A stretch of 63,363 nucleotides of DNA, counting the filler. It is 5 parts of 5 records of this genome, joined end to end, with 100 filler letters (N's around TTAATTAATTAA, not from the genome) between each part and the next. Parts side by side here need not be neighbours in the genome. Positions count along the whole stretch, not along the records: positions 37,795 to 47,123 come from SRR20825019_1871; positions 47,224 to 56,849 come from SRR20825019_1875; 3 more parts are not named here. One strand, written 5' to 3'. The translations under genes were made by a program, and so were the position numbers. Positions 40,701-54,132 of the stretch are shown here, in pieces (the stretch's first letter is position 1; each line of letters opens with the position of its first letter). The notes below the pieces were generated by a model. The model was not told where the DNA came from, searched no databases, and saw only the letters and a program-made list of their open reading frames with translations.

Positions 40701-43700
40701 GGTCTCACCGGGGAACGGCAGCTCTTCGATGGTGACGCGCACCAGCACCTGCTGGCCAACAACCAGCACGCCAGGGACGGTTGCAGTCACGCGCTTGGGT
40801 CCGAACACCTCCAGGCGCCCGTCCCCGCTTGCTTCGGCCTGGAAACGAGGGGGGCCTGTGACAATGAACTTGATGGCGGCCTGTGGGGACACAGACACGG
40901 CCTGGATCAGCAGCTTCTTGGTGAGCGGCGTCAGGGGGGATGGTGCCCACACAGCAGGCGCCACGTTGATGGAGCCTTGGATGCCGGAATACAGGGGCTC
41001 AACGGTCATGGACTCGTCGGGGCCTAATGCCTCGGGGATTGTCACATCGAGGTCAAGTGCAGCACCGCCCACGAACATGAAGTAGTCAGTCGACCCAGAC
41101 GTCGAGTCCACGACGGACACAGTTTGCAGTGGTAGTGCGGTGAGCGTGACGGTGGCGGGAAGCTGGTTGACGAAGATGTTGCTGTGACTCGCTGAGGTGC
41201 GGATCACAAGGCCGCTTCCAACGCACGTTGCCGTCACGTAGGCGATCTTGGAGTGGTCCTCCTGGTTTCCAGGCGCCCAGAACAGAGCGTTGGGGGACAC
41301 GGTCAGGCAGGGGGAGTCGGAGGCAAAGGTCACGGAGATGGAGTCGGACAGTGGCATGGTCACCGTTGGATCAAGCGTCACATTCAGCTGAACGCGGTTA
41401 GCCGCCCCAAGGAAGACACGAGCGGGCGGGCTTGCAAGGGAGATGGTGTGCAGGTTGCGGGTTTCAACAGTGAAGCGCTGTGGGGACGAGGTGTACCCAG
41501 CACCATCTACGGCGTACAGCAAGCTGCAGGGGGAGCTGGGTGTCACGCCGCGAAGCTCGATGACCTTGGACAGGACAGCGGGCGACTCGCTCGCGTTGAA
41601 CCATACCACGGATGGGGTGAAGGTCACAATGTTTCCGGCGGGGCAGATGAGCTGCGGGGTCACCTTGAGGGTGCCGTTGGTGGGTGCGCGTCCAATGTTG
41701 ACGAACGTCTGCACGTAGATGCTGGGCTTGATGTACACAACAATGTCCGGGGACGGTGTGTTGACCACAACCTGCGATCCAACAGCCACCTTGACTGTCC
41801 TGGGAGCGGGTATGGCAACGCGGGCAGCGTCGTCGGCGGAGAGCTCGAAGGAGATGGTGATGTCACGTTCCTGTGAGGGAGTGATGTATCCGGTGACGGT
41901 CTTGCCTAAGACGATGTTCAGTGAATTGGAGGGGGAGAAGGTCAGCACGCCAAGGGGGGATGCGATGAGCTTGATGGTGAGCGAAACGTCTTCAGGAAGT
42001 GTGAAGGTGACAGCGGCGGAGTTGTTGATGAAGACAATCAGTGGCATCTGGATGCTGATCTGCAGCAGGGCCTCGAACTGGAAGTTGAAGGAGAAGGACA
42101 CAGCCTCGTACTGTGGGTCGTTGTACAGTCGAACGGAGATGGGCTGTAGGTTGGTGGGCGAGCGGCCGGAGAAGGTCAGCAGGCGAGAGAGGACGGTTGC
42201 AGAGCTGTCCCACTGGGTGGGGGGTGGTAGCACGATGTTGGATGGAGAGCCGCCATACTGAAGCTCGGCCAGAAGCGCCGACCCGGGGGACGGCTTCTCC
42301 GACACGGTGATCGACACACTTGTTTCCTCACCGATAGTTGCGGCCGTAACTGGCGCGGGGCCAACAACCGTGATCTTCTTGAGCGGCCGGAAGTTGACAA
42401 CAAGCCCCGTACCAGCCATCCTCGGGCTGAGCACAACACGTCGGGCGGAGCTGGTGAACGACACAGTGAACGCCACCCACACAGTTTCGTACGCGTACAC
42501 CTGGAAGACGGGCGAGGACGTCGACACCTCCAGGGACGTGGGGAAGATGTTGAGGTAGTCACTGGCGTTCGACTGAAGTGTCACGGTGATTGTCTCCGAT
42601 GGCCCGAGGGTTCCAAAGTTGACGGCAAGTGAGATCTTGTTTTGCTCCAGTACGTACACAAAGGCGGGGGGGTCCACGAGGTCGAGGGGGTACGGTTCCT
42701 CAACAGTCACCGCCCAGGACGCGGGCCGTGGTGCCTTCTCGAACCCAATCACACCCATGATGGCAACGGATATAGGGAGCGTAAACACGCCAATGACGTT
42801 GGCAACAGCGGTGAAGTTTAGGGTCGTGGCAACGGACGCTTCGAACTGAACGCTGGCGGGGGTGAGTTGAATACCAGCCAGTCCACCCGCATCAGTCCCA
42901 GTCGAGCTGGTGTCGGGGGTGATTGCAATGGCTCCAGTCGGGGGCGCAATCGGGAGTGTCACGGAGAAGGTTGTCGACAGGCCGCGGTACAGATTCGCGG
43001 GACCCAGGAAGTACATGGGGTAGAGCGGCGCAAATCGCACGATGAACGAGGGAATCGACAGGATGAAGAACTCAGACGTGGAGTCGCCACTGGTTGTGAA
43101 CCCAATGCGGACGGTGAGGGGTGATGTAAGCGGTTTGATGACGAACGTTGCCTTCACGGCTCCGTCCGAGATCGACTGGTCGCGTCCGGGGGTCACGGTG
43201 TACAGAGACTCGTCCACAGCCACCAGCGAGTTGCTCGTGCGGTTCTTCTCGACGGTCAACGACACTCCCATTGGGCCAGTCGGCACCTTGGGCAGCGTCA
43301 GCTCGACGGTGATGGTTTCCTGCTCGTACACAAGTGTGCCGGAAATACTTCCGCCATACACCTCCAGGGGGAGGATGGTTACGCGTAGGGGAACAGGTTG
43401 GACGAAGAAGGCGGTGGGGTCGTCCATCACGATGGGCAACACAAGCTCGCCGCTCGACGCGCTCAGTCCACGAAGGGTGGCGGTCATCACCAACGGCGAG
43501 CTGGAACCAAACACGAACACACTCTGGCTCAGCTCAAACTCGCTCGACACAGTGAAGGTCAGGGTGAGGTTGTTGCCACCCACGGGTCGCCGTGCAATGG
43601 CCACGCTGAACATGATGGCGTTGGTGGATCCAATGTAAACACCAGCCTTCCACCCACTGACGGCAACCTCGTTGTCCGGGTTGACCTGGAGGGTTGACTC

Positions 43701-46700
43701 GATTCCCACAGCGGAGAACTCGGTGCTACCGGATGTGGAGATGCGGAGCGTGGTTGAGGGCATGACGTTGGCGGTGGCGAAGATGGTCAGGGACTGGGTC
43801 TTGCTGCCCGACGGGCTAAATGTGAGCGTGGTGGGGGAGATGCCAAGGGGGTAGGACGAGCCGGGGAGGGTCAGCGTGATGGTCAGGGGGGCCATTGGTA
43901 GTCGGGGTAGGGTCACAACGAATGTCTGGTTGTCGTTGACGTACATGGACGTCAGGTACCCGGCCAAGGTAACACCGAGGAGCGCCTGCACAGGCACAGG
44001 TGTCACGGTTGCGTTGACGGTGGGCGCGTACTCGTTGGACTGCGACCGAACAAGGAAAATCTTAGTAGCGAGGAAGTTACCAACGCCCAGCCCCTCCAGC
44101 GTAACGGTGACGGTTGGCGATCCGGCTGACAGCGACACAGTGCTGGGGCTTGCGACGACAGATGTGGACGAAACGTGGGAGATGGTGATCACGTCGGTGG
44201 ATAGAGTTGGCATGGACTGCAGGCGGAGCTGGATGGTGCGACGGTTGGCGGCGGTGATGAACATCTCAGATGGAAGGTTGTCGATCACTACATAGCGGCG
44301 GGGGCGGACAGTGGTCACGAACTGGGGAACAGTGGCGTAGTAGAAGGCGCCGGCTGGGCCAAAGAGGGTGACATTGAGGTTGGCGGGGCCAGCAGGAAGG
44401 ATACCGTAGACGTCAACAGTTGCGGTGAGCTCCGTGGCACCGGCCTTGAACTCGGCGATGGTGCAGTTGAGCCCACCGGCGATTTGGTAGTCAAGGCGCA
44501 CCTGCAGCGTGCCCACAAGGGCAGCAGAGCCAATCGTGATGGTCAGAGTTACAATGTTCCCGACTACAAGCAGTTGCGTGCTGGGGTCAAAGGTAAGCGT
44601 GAGTGGAATCCGCAATAACACCTTAAGCTTCACGGCGCCGGTGGGGATGAAGATGGACGTGCCTACCACGACGGTGGCGGAGAGGTCGGCGGGGGTTGAG
44701 TCGACGAGACCAGTGATATAGACGATGGTGCGGTTGACACCAGGCGGGAATTCGACAGTCGAGTTGCTGAAGCTGATTGCTCCAGAGGCGCCAGCAAACG
44801 AGAGCTGCACACGCACGCCAGTGTGGCGAAGCGCGGGGGTTCCAAGGTCAACAATGATTGGAATGGCACTGCCGATGTACGTGAACAGAGAGCCGTCGGC
44901 GGCGTCGGTCATATTGGCGAGGGTGGAGATGGTGACGGACTCGCGTGGGTAGATGCGCACGGTTGACGTGGCAGCGCTGACAGCGGCGAAGATGCTCTTG
45001 CAGGGGCCGGACACGGGAAGGGTGACGGGGACGTTACCAACGGATGTCTGGGAGGCAGTCAGCACAACCGACTTGGAGAGGGCGGTCGCTCCAGACAAAA
45101 ACGTCACGCCAGCCGCAGGTGCAAACGCAGCATCACCGGAGCCGAACGAAGGGACCACGCTGATCGACCCAGCGCACTGGGGTGACCGTTGGAGCTGGAA
45201 TGTGACAACGCTGGTGGTGCCAACGTACATTCCAGCCGCTAGACCAGTGGCGGTGATGGGGTCCAGGGCACGCACATCCACAACAAGTGGCTGGGGGGCA
45301 TCGTAGTTGGCGCTGCCGTCCACAATACTGATAGTCAGCGTGATGTTGCCAACGGGCTGCAGGGCCTCGACGGTGAACTGCTGGGTCTTCGCAGACGAGC
45401 TGGTGAAGTCGAACAGAGACGACACGGACACGGCCTGGGCGTTGCTGGGGGTGATGACGAGCGCAAGGCGTGTTCCGGGGGGTGGGGGCAGGCCAATCTC
45501 AACAGTGCCAGATATGGTCTGGCCAATGTAAACGAACGACGCAATGCTCACGAGAATGTCGCGCGCGCTGGCAACGTCCACAACGGCTGATGGAATGTTC
45601 AGCGTCGTTTCGTAGATGGGCGGGGCAGCGAGTGTGAACGTCAACACAACTCCCTTCTGCTGCGCAGTTGCCGTCACTCGGAAAGTGGTCTGCAGGACGG
45701 TGTCGCCTGGGTTCCACGTGATCGTGTTTGTGCTGGGGAGCAGGGATGGGGAGCTGCTGCTGATGTACACCTTCACGGGCCCGTATGAGGCAGGCGGTGC
45801 GTAGCTGATCTCGATGTCAAGGGCGAACTCTTGAGTCGCAAACACGGACTTGGGCACCGTGTTCAGGAACCGCACAACTCCCAGTGCCTGGAACCGCACT
45901 GGCACCGAGCGCGCAGCGGGTTGGGGGAAGTAGCCGATCGCATTGCCAGTGTAGGCAAGTGACAGCGCCTCGTTGGACGACGTGGCCGCGAGAGCCTCGA
46001 TGCTGAACGTCCCGCTTGTCTGTCCAGCGCCAAGCGTGATCGACAGAGGGCTGAACCGGACAGCGGTTGGGGACCCAGCTAGGAAGAGCGGGGTCACAGT
46101 GACGGTCCCCATCGAAGGGGCTGTGGGGAGGGTGACGGTCATGTTGCCCTTGAGGTTGGGGCTCACATACACCACAGCAGGTGAGAAGCTGAGACTGAAG
46201 GTGACGTTGACGATGGGCCGGATGTTGATGGGGAAGATGAGGCTGGGGGGCAGGTCGTACTCGGCTATGGCGCTGTCGCTGAAGGTGATTCTCAGCGACG
46301 TGGCGACGGTGGTGGAGACCTGCGCGGCAGTGGCAAACGTCGAACGGTTGGCGCTTCCAGAGGTGAACACAAGTGACGTCAGTGCAAGGGTCATTGCCGA
46401 GGGGCTGCTGGTGTCCGCAATCGAAAGGGTCAGCGACGCACCCACGGCCTCGGGAAGCCCACTCACTGCAGCCCACAGGTCCAGGCGATCCACGCCGCCA
46501 CCATAGAGCTCGGTCTTCGACACGGCAGCAGACACAGTTTTCAGCGGGCGCACATTGAATGTCGTAGATGGGACAATGCTGACGTTGAAGGCAGTTGAGG
46601 TTCCACTCACCGACACCTCCACCAGCGCAGGGGAGCACTGGGCGGTCGCCTTGTATGTAATTGTTGTTGTAGTCGCAGATGTCATGTCGACAACGGTGGG

Positions 46701-47123
46701 GGTCAGGGGTTGGAGAGCGGCTCCGTTTGGTACACCTCCACACTTCACTGAGGTGGAGATGGAGAGGCTTCCAGCCGAAGGGGCAGACCCAGAGGTAGTG
46801 ACGGTGACATCAACACCCTGGCGAACGAACAGAAGTGTTGCGTTACTCGTGATGGACACGGTCTCGAGGTTTCGGACAGACACGGTCAGAGTGTCGGTGA
46901 TGGGCGTGTATTGGGCCGATGCGGAAACGGGGAGGGAGAACGAAAGCGTGGTGGCGGTTGGGGCACGAATCTCGAAGCACATGGTCCGCTGCGACGTGCC
47001 TACGAAGCTCAGCGATGAAACATTTGTCACTACACCAGGTATGGTGGTGTTGATGGTTGCAACAGTGTTGATCTCGCTGGCCGTCACGCACGCAACGAAG
47101 GGGTTTTGATTCGTAGCCCCCAC
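37795..47123 (-). CDS. Internal fragment (>3100 aa) of a giant Ser/Thr/Val/Pro-rich surface protein with tandem ~100-aa Ig/Calx-beta-like repeats
   Basis: One uninterrupted frame across the whole contig; recurring [LMV][YF][VI]G...V.L...P...V.P...P..L.F...F.V.[AG] pattern. Confidence 0.8.
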
Positions 47124-47223
47124 NNNNNNNNNNNNNNNNNNNNNNNNNNNNNNNNNNNNNNNNNNNNTTAATTAATTAANNNNNNNNNNNNNNNNNNNNN
47201 NNNNNNNNNNNNNNNNNNNNNNN
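47124..47223. other. Artificial contig linker
   Basis: N-run/TTAATTAATTAA/N-run. Confidence 0.98.
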
Positions 47224-47311
47224 CCCCCCCCCCCCCCCCCCCCCCAACACACATAAGTTAATGTTACTTTGATAACAACTTCGCAAAGCAGCTGCTGGTT
47301 GCGGTTTTAAC

Positions 47312-48030
47312 ATGTTTCGGGGTTTGCTTAGAACAAGTAGCATGTTGGCACGGTGAGTGCTGTTGGTTTATGGGTGGTTATCAGCTTTCCTGACATGAAT
47401 GTCAAGTGCGGCGCCGGTGGCGCAGACATTCCCGGTGACGAACCGGTGTGGTTTGCTAGCCATGACACACATGGGCAGGGGAATGAACACAGCTGCAACA
47501 AAGGAAAAGCCCTCCTGGAAATGGAGGTCTGCTATGGGGGTCTTGAATGAAATCAAGTTGGAGGAGTTTGCCAAGGCCAAGGCGGCAAAGCCGTTTGACA
47601 TTAAGGACATTAAGCCGGGGCAGGTTTTGGAGGTTATTTATACACAAAAGAATGCCAAAGGCAATCACCTTTCCGTGATGGGACGGTGCATTGCGCTAGA
47701 CAAAAATGTATGTTGGTGTGGTTTGGTCCCGAGAAAACTTGTAACTCTGTTGGCAGGGGGCTTTGACGAGCTTGACACTAAGGAATGTCTTTGAAAAGGA
47801 GACTGCAGGTATTTGAGCCTCGACTGCTTTCAAGTCTTGGACTTATTATGGTGTGCGCAGAAATATCGGTCAGGGTATTCAGTCCACTTGTCCACGATAT
47901 TAATATTCTTGCGGAGGCTAAGGGGAAACTGCGCACGAGAAGATCAAAGCTTTATTACTTGCGGGAGAGACCCTTGGCCGAGAGCACATTCACACCGAAG
48001 AAGTACAAGCCCAAGAGCAATAAGAAGTGA
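47312..48030 (+). CDS. MRPL19: Mitochondrial ribosomal protein bL19m, 4 exons
   Basis: Presequence MFRGLLRTSSMLAR; IKPGQVLEV, GRCIA, TSLTLRNV, FSPLV, RRSKLYYLRE; three ~50-nt introns. Confidence 0.85.
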
Positions 48031-48084
48031 AGTGACATTCGCCCTCGCAATTACGTGTTATTGTTGTATGGTGTTGGGCCTTCA

Positions 48085-51000
48085 TCATCCAGCGAGGTCG
48101 TTCAATTTCTCAAGTATCAGTGTGATGACCTGGCTTGTAACGCGGCCCACTCCTGGTTTCTGTGACACCAACGCCGCGATTTCCTCAGCTTGGGTGGCGG
48201 ATAGGTCAAGGTACTGCGATGTGAGGTCACCATCGATGGAATTCTTGGCCGTGTCTGTGTTGGACCGATAGAGTTCATGCGGTGCGCCCAAGAGTGGTTT
48301 GGTCTCTGGATGGTTTGCCATAACACTTTGAACAGCGCGCAGAAGCTGCAGTTCATTCTTAGGAAGCATCGCCGCTACAATGATGCTGCCCAGAACGGTG
48401 CACAGAACCACAGTCTACGACAGAGCATTCAGAACAGATGACGTCACGGTTTGCAGTGGTGCACTGCACAATATTACCGGGATGTCGGGGGACGCCGCAT
48501 CCTTGTAAGACAGCCTCCCTCTCCGCACACGCAATGCACTCTCGCCAAGCTCGTAGAAACTGTGTGAAACGAGGTTCCGCTCGGGGCTCTGTGAGTTGGC
48601 TGCATCGCCGTGAGTGATCAGTACCCAAGTCACGGCATGCACACACACCTTCGCTGCCATCACAAACCAAGGTGAATATCCCTCCCCGAATCTCTAGGCC
48701 GATGGCTACCTCGTCATCAAGGACCAGGCAATCCTGAACTAATCGGGCTGCACGATCACTGTTGCATACGATTAGCTTCGACGTTCTTGATGAAACGCGC
48801 CAGGCACCTGTGCAGAAGCTCCAGCTTCTCTTCATCTTCTCTAAATGCGTAGAATAATATGCTGTCGTTCCGTGTGCCCACTACTACACGGCTGCACATG
48901 CATTAGAGTTTTTAAAGAGTGAGAACGGACATGTCTATACCTCAGGCCTGCCGATATCGATGTAATGCATCCTCGCGTAAAGTGTTTACATGCTGTTGTT
49001 GGGACGATTAGCTGCTAGCACCAAAGGTTACGGTGCCCAATATTACCCTCTCGCGGACGCCAACTAGCATCAGGCTGCCCTAGCGAGTCTTTGGCATAAA
49101 CATGTAGCCGTTCTCCAGACGACACCATCAAGAACCTGCAAAATAGTGAGCATTGACTGTGCCCCAAAGAAAGACGGTCCTGTACTTTGTCTGATAGGTA
49201 GTCATCGCATAGACGGGATGCCTTAACGGGACATCACATATGGCTCGCATTTCATAGATGTCTTGCAGCTGCTGCAACGATAACGTAAGCAAGGGATAAC
49301 GCCGCAGCTGTATGGCAATATACATTCTCGTTCGTATCCACGTCTGTCATGACGAAGTTATCAGATGCTTCGCTAATCGTAATAAGGTGCAACCGGCCCG
49401 TCATTTGACCAGATTCCATCTGGCAACCAACACATATGACGTCAAAGTCGTCGCCAATGGGATGCCACCCTTGGAACACCAGTAAGTCACTGACGGGCGG
49501 CACAGTACGAATAGATATACTTGTAATCGAGTACGCCTTCTGATTAGTCAAGGTGAACGAGCCGCAAACAGTGCCATATGTTGTGTCAACTATTTCTATA
49601 ACACTGCCATGAAACTCAGCAACTGCTCAGCGTGTCCCTTTGCAAAAACAGACCTTGATTTGTTTGGCAGAACACAAGCCACCACAAGCTTTTGAATCCC
49701 TTCATGGAAGAGAACCCTCACTGGAGTCTGTAATAGTAATTCAGCCCAGCTTGCTACGAACAACAACCTGTTCAATGCACCTTGTGCAACGGAATAGATT
49801 GTTCAGACAGATTCCTTGTTTGATCCAGAGTGACGACATGAATGCTCTGGTCAGCAACGAATATGAACCCATCAGGGCAGTCCTCGCAGATGAAACAAGA
49901 CGCGTGTGACACCTAAGCAAGCATTAACAAATCACGAAGAGGATTGACAGAATCCATAACTTCTCACCAGCGGAAAACTAATGCAGGTGAAGAGCAGCCG
50001 GTTCTTTGCAGGAGACACGAGCCACGGCCTATCTGATAGCGCCAGCACCCCGCAATCAACCGAAGACTGCCGCGGGATGAGCTGAATAGGAGCACTGTAA
50101 TCGGTTAGTAATGGATTTCTAAACATCCTACCCGATTACTCACGTTCCCAGGCGATGCACGTATGCCTGGTATTGTGGGCGAACAGCTGCACCGAATGCT
50201 CCCAAGGGCCTGGAATTCCAGTCACTTTGAGCAGTTCTTAACGCACACATACACCGCTTACCAGCTCATTGTGATCACAGAACCATTACGCAGACCCACT
50301 ACCACGTATATCTTGTCACAGAACACCATCCGCATGCTCTCGGGTATAGGTCCTTTGTCTACAATCTGTCCAAGCTGCACTGTTTCAAGCCTCGTAATCT
50401 TTTTCTTGGCCGAGTCACTTTCGCTTGGCGAGGGCAGCTGCAAAATCTCCAATGTTGCGCCGTATGTGCCGACCACACATACGTCACTAAGCGTTCTTCC
50501 ATCGCTTGCACCACCCCACAGCCTTGAGTCCTCCGCCGCGGTAGGAGTCCCCAGCCCGCTGGACGGGATATCAATGCAGCATCCCTCATGCTGCACAGCC
50601 ACGTGGTCCACTTCCACCACATCAACTCCGCTGTTTACAAGTCAGCTATTGGTACCTAACCATCGCCTGTAACCGCCCATACTCACCCGGTGACGTTGTT
50701 GTGAACAATGCTCAGAACCAGAACCGCTTTCATCTTCGACAAGCATACAACTATCCGACTTCCCAGTACCGCGCATGCACTGATCCGACATTCCTCCGGC
50801 GGGGACCACCTCATATTCTGTGATTCAGTTCGCCCAGATGAAGGACGGACAAGCCATATACCAGTATCCAGCACTTGAGCAATGTAACCATGGACCGCAG
50901 TGCCCACGTACAGTGTCCGCCTATCCAGCACAAAGCCGCTGTCATCACTGATGTCTTGCATATCGTTGCTCGCTGAGAGGACCCTCGTTGCATTGACAAA

Positions 51001-52492
51001 TGACAACACCATTACTGAATGGTATGTATCGCCGGAGTTCTGCTTGACGGTCCACACCCCAGTCACCCCGACATAGTCTGGAGATGTACTCCCCAACTTG
51101 GCGACACCCATGCCGCTTCTCAACGCCCTAACACACCCAGATTCCTCCTGACCCGTGCACATAAACAGCTGTTCCTGCTGTCCATCCCCCGCGTTTGCAA
51201 TCACAAAGTCCCTTGCAGGTGAGAAATTGGGAATGCTGGTGCGATGCTCCAGCGAAAATGGAACCGCTTCTGAGGGAATGATCTCAAAGACCCCGCCATC
51301 ACAGAGATCACCTGCCATCACCACATGCCTGTCATTGAGTATCGCCATGGACGATGTCGAAGGAAGTGTGCCTTTTCCAATCACCTCCGCACACACCAGA
51401 GACCGCCGCCCGTTCGGCCCTGGGCCGCAAGAGAACATGTTGAGGCTTCCCATTTCAGTCGCGACAAGGATGCGATCCTCACCCAGCTGTGCACTGGAAG
51501 TCATCAGGAGCGGTTCTGTAGAGCAAGTTACCTCGCCAGTGAACATGACCCCCGCTACTGACAACTGATACATGTAGGCTCCTCTCTCATGGAGGAGAAT
51601 GCAGCAGTCGCCGAACAATCCAGTCGTTGGCACGATGGAATAAACGTCGATAGAGCATGGGACACCATGGGTCCACTCGATGGTATTGGACACCATGTCA
51701 TAGCGCAGCACCCCCAAGGTCCGCGCAGCCTCGTGGGAGGGATGATACAGCACGCAGAGGGTTGCCACCTCGTCAATGATCGGCCCGCACCATTCCATAC
51801 ACAAAACGACACCATTCACCGTTGTCTTCGCCTCTGCTGCAACAATGGCGTCTGCATCATCAGACGGCCGGACTGAGTACACTCGCAGCGTATGCTGCAC
51901 AGACGCCACCGCCATGGCGCAACCACCTGCGTGGACGGCAAGGGAGTTTCCGGCACTGGTCCGGTTGTGCCCGTTCGACAGTGTGATGGTGGACAGATTT
52001 TCAAAGCGAGATTTTTCTGAGTTGTATCCTACAAGGACAAGCTTGCCCGACACGGAGAGCACAGCGAGAAGATCCAGCCCAGCATACTGCCGGTGCCCCA
52101 AGTCGTTGCGATATTCACCTGTGATGGCACCGTCAAACCGCTGCCTGGCAATGCCATACGAATACACACCTGCCCAGGGTAGCTTTCTTATTGCTCTAAC
52201 TGTATCAAATAGGGGCTGCTGAGCCACGGTGCACAAAGCCCCGCTCTCATCCACAGTGTTTATCTCAAGCACATTTTCCTGCGTGGAGACATGTCAGTCA
52301 TGCTTGAGCGAGCTCTTTAGACAGTGAGATACATACCCGAACCAGAACCACACCCGAACTCATGGGGTTGATGAGTCTCGCCACAATCACGTGAGTCACC
52401 GCGCTAGCATGAGCAACACTACGAAAGTATAAACCCCACTCTGGAGAAGCCTGCTGCGGAGGCGCGGAAGACCCAGCCGTGGCCGTCGCCAT
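48085..52492 (-). CDS. DDB1/SF3B3/CPSF1-family triple beta-propeller protein, multi-exon
   Basis: DLLAVLSVSGKL, PNFSPARDF, CTG....VRALRSG, GVTGVWTVK, VVVGLRNG, LALSDRPWL, C-terminal IDGDLTSQYLDL. Confidence 0.82.
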
Positions 52493-52559
52493 ATCTTGAG
52501 GTTGTGTGAGGACTCTTCACCATCTTCACACATATTTAAATTCTAGCTAGTGTCTGCCG

Positions 52560-53290
52560 CATGGCGGGTTGGCACGCGGCCGCATTCCGCCGGCTGGAGG
52601 CTCGCCACGTTATGCGCTTCAGTCAGGGCACGCCCCCGACTTGTTTCCCGGCGGCGCCGGCCGAGCTCCCCCGGCGGAGCCGCCCCGGCTTGAGCGCCGC
52701 GTGACCGGACGGCACGGCGACCCGCCGCGCGGCCCGGCCGGTCCGACCGTGGCCGGGCGGCGCCGCGGCGCCGCGGCGCGCCGCGCTGCAACGGTGGTGG
52801 CGCGGCGACGGTGACCCGCGACCACCGCGGCGGCCCCGGCCGGCGCGCCCCGCGTCGCTCAGGCGCGGCGGGCGCCGCGGAGCGTTTTTGGCTCCCGGGC
52901 CGCTCGGACCGGAGGGGGCGCACGCCATCGCCGATCGCAGGCGGCCCCGCCGCCGGCCCGGGCCAGCCGACTCGGCCTCAGTGGAACGATGGCGAAGAAT
53001 GACTTCCCGCCGTGACCGCGGTCCGCTCGATGCGCCCGGCTCGCATCACTGAGATGGCATCGGCGGCCGGCCGACGATGGTGAGTGCAGTGCATGAGATC
53101 CAAACCTGAGCCCCCGCCCTGCAGTGCTCGCCCGCGGCGTCCGGACGCGCCTGAGCCTGGCCCGGCGGGCCCGCGCCCCGCCCGGCCGCCGCGGGGGCGG
53201 CGCGGTCCTGGCCCCGGCCCGGCCCGGCCCGGCCCCGGGCGCGGTGCTGCACCCCTCCGGACTGGCGATCCCGTGCCCGCGCCTACATGA
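52560..53290. promoter_or_regulatory. GC-rich bidirectional promoter island
   Basis: Between head-to-head propeller and PDRG1 genes; same composition as the islands in contig 1. Confidence 0.5.
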
Positions 53291-53396
53291 CGTACACGAC
53301 GTTGTTCAGCGCCACCAGTCGCACCTCAATACTGCGCTTAAATACGTTTTAGTATGTCCTACAGGATGTGTAACAACCCCGTTACAGAGGATTGGC

Positions 53397-54059
53397 ATGG
53401 ACGACGTCAGAGACATGTATGAGGATATTCGTCTCAGTGCTTACACAGGATGAACTCATAAGCTCCATAGTCAGGACACCATTGAGGCTCACCAGAACCT
53501 GTCGGAAAATGTTGTTCTCGACAGGGATAGGGTAAGACTCTCGCCCCGCCTCTCATCCAACCCGCCCAAAATCGCGACGCTTGCACAGTAAACACCAGCA
53601 ATAGCGACACCTGCATCAACAGAAATTACAACAACAAATCGCGCGTAGGCCTAACTTGTTACCGCAGTTTCGCTTGTTATCTTCACGGAAGAAGTCCAAC
53701 GACCAGGCGATTTCCCATTTGGATACGGTTGGTTCGAAGGGCAACGATAAGGTGTGGATTGCCCGAGGTGACCTCTTTTGGAACCTGCCAACTTCTACCG
53801 CAAAAAAGGTTTTGAAGGAGGACCAGGGCAGATTGGATGAGGATATGAAGGATATTGAAAAGGGGTTTAAGTCGAAAGTGTTGAAGCTGAACAGAATGGA
53901 GCAGGAGTTTGCAGGCCGCACTGACGTGAGTTGGTTGTGTTTGCATTTGAAAGTTGTATTTACTGTAAGCAGGTCCGAACCATCGACCTCAAGTTGCTAA
54001 GAGACCCGGAAATCAGTTCAATTATTGACAAATATCTGAAAAATTCGAGCTCCAGTTAG
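53397..54059 (+). CDS. PDRG1: PDRG1-like prefoldin-family protein, 4 exons
   Basis: Spliced MDDVRDIQDTIEAHQNLSENVVLDRDR/FRLLSSRKKSNDQAISHL..KVWIARGDLFWNLP..AKKVLKEDQGRLDEDM..KSKVLKL/..LKLLRDPEI parallels the PDRG1 layout. Confidence 0.72.
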
Positions 54060-54132
54060 CTGAAGATTCACTCGAGTGTCACGCTGGATGTCATCGAGCG
54101 TGAATATCTGCTCGCTCCTGTTAATGGGCGCT

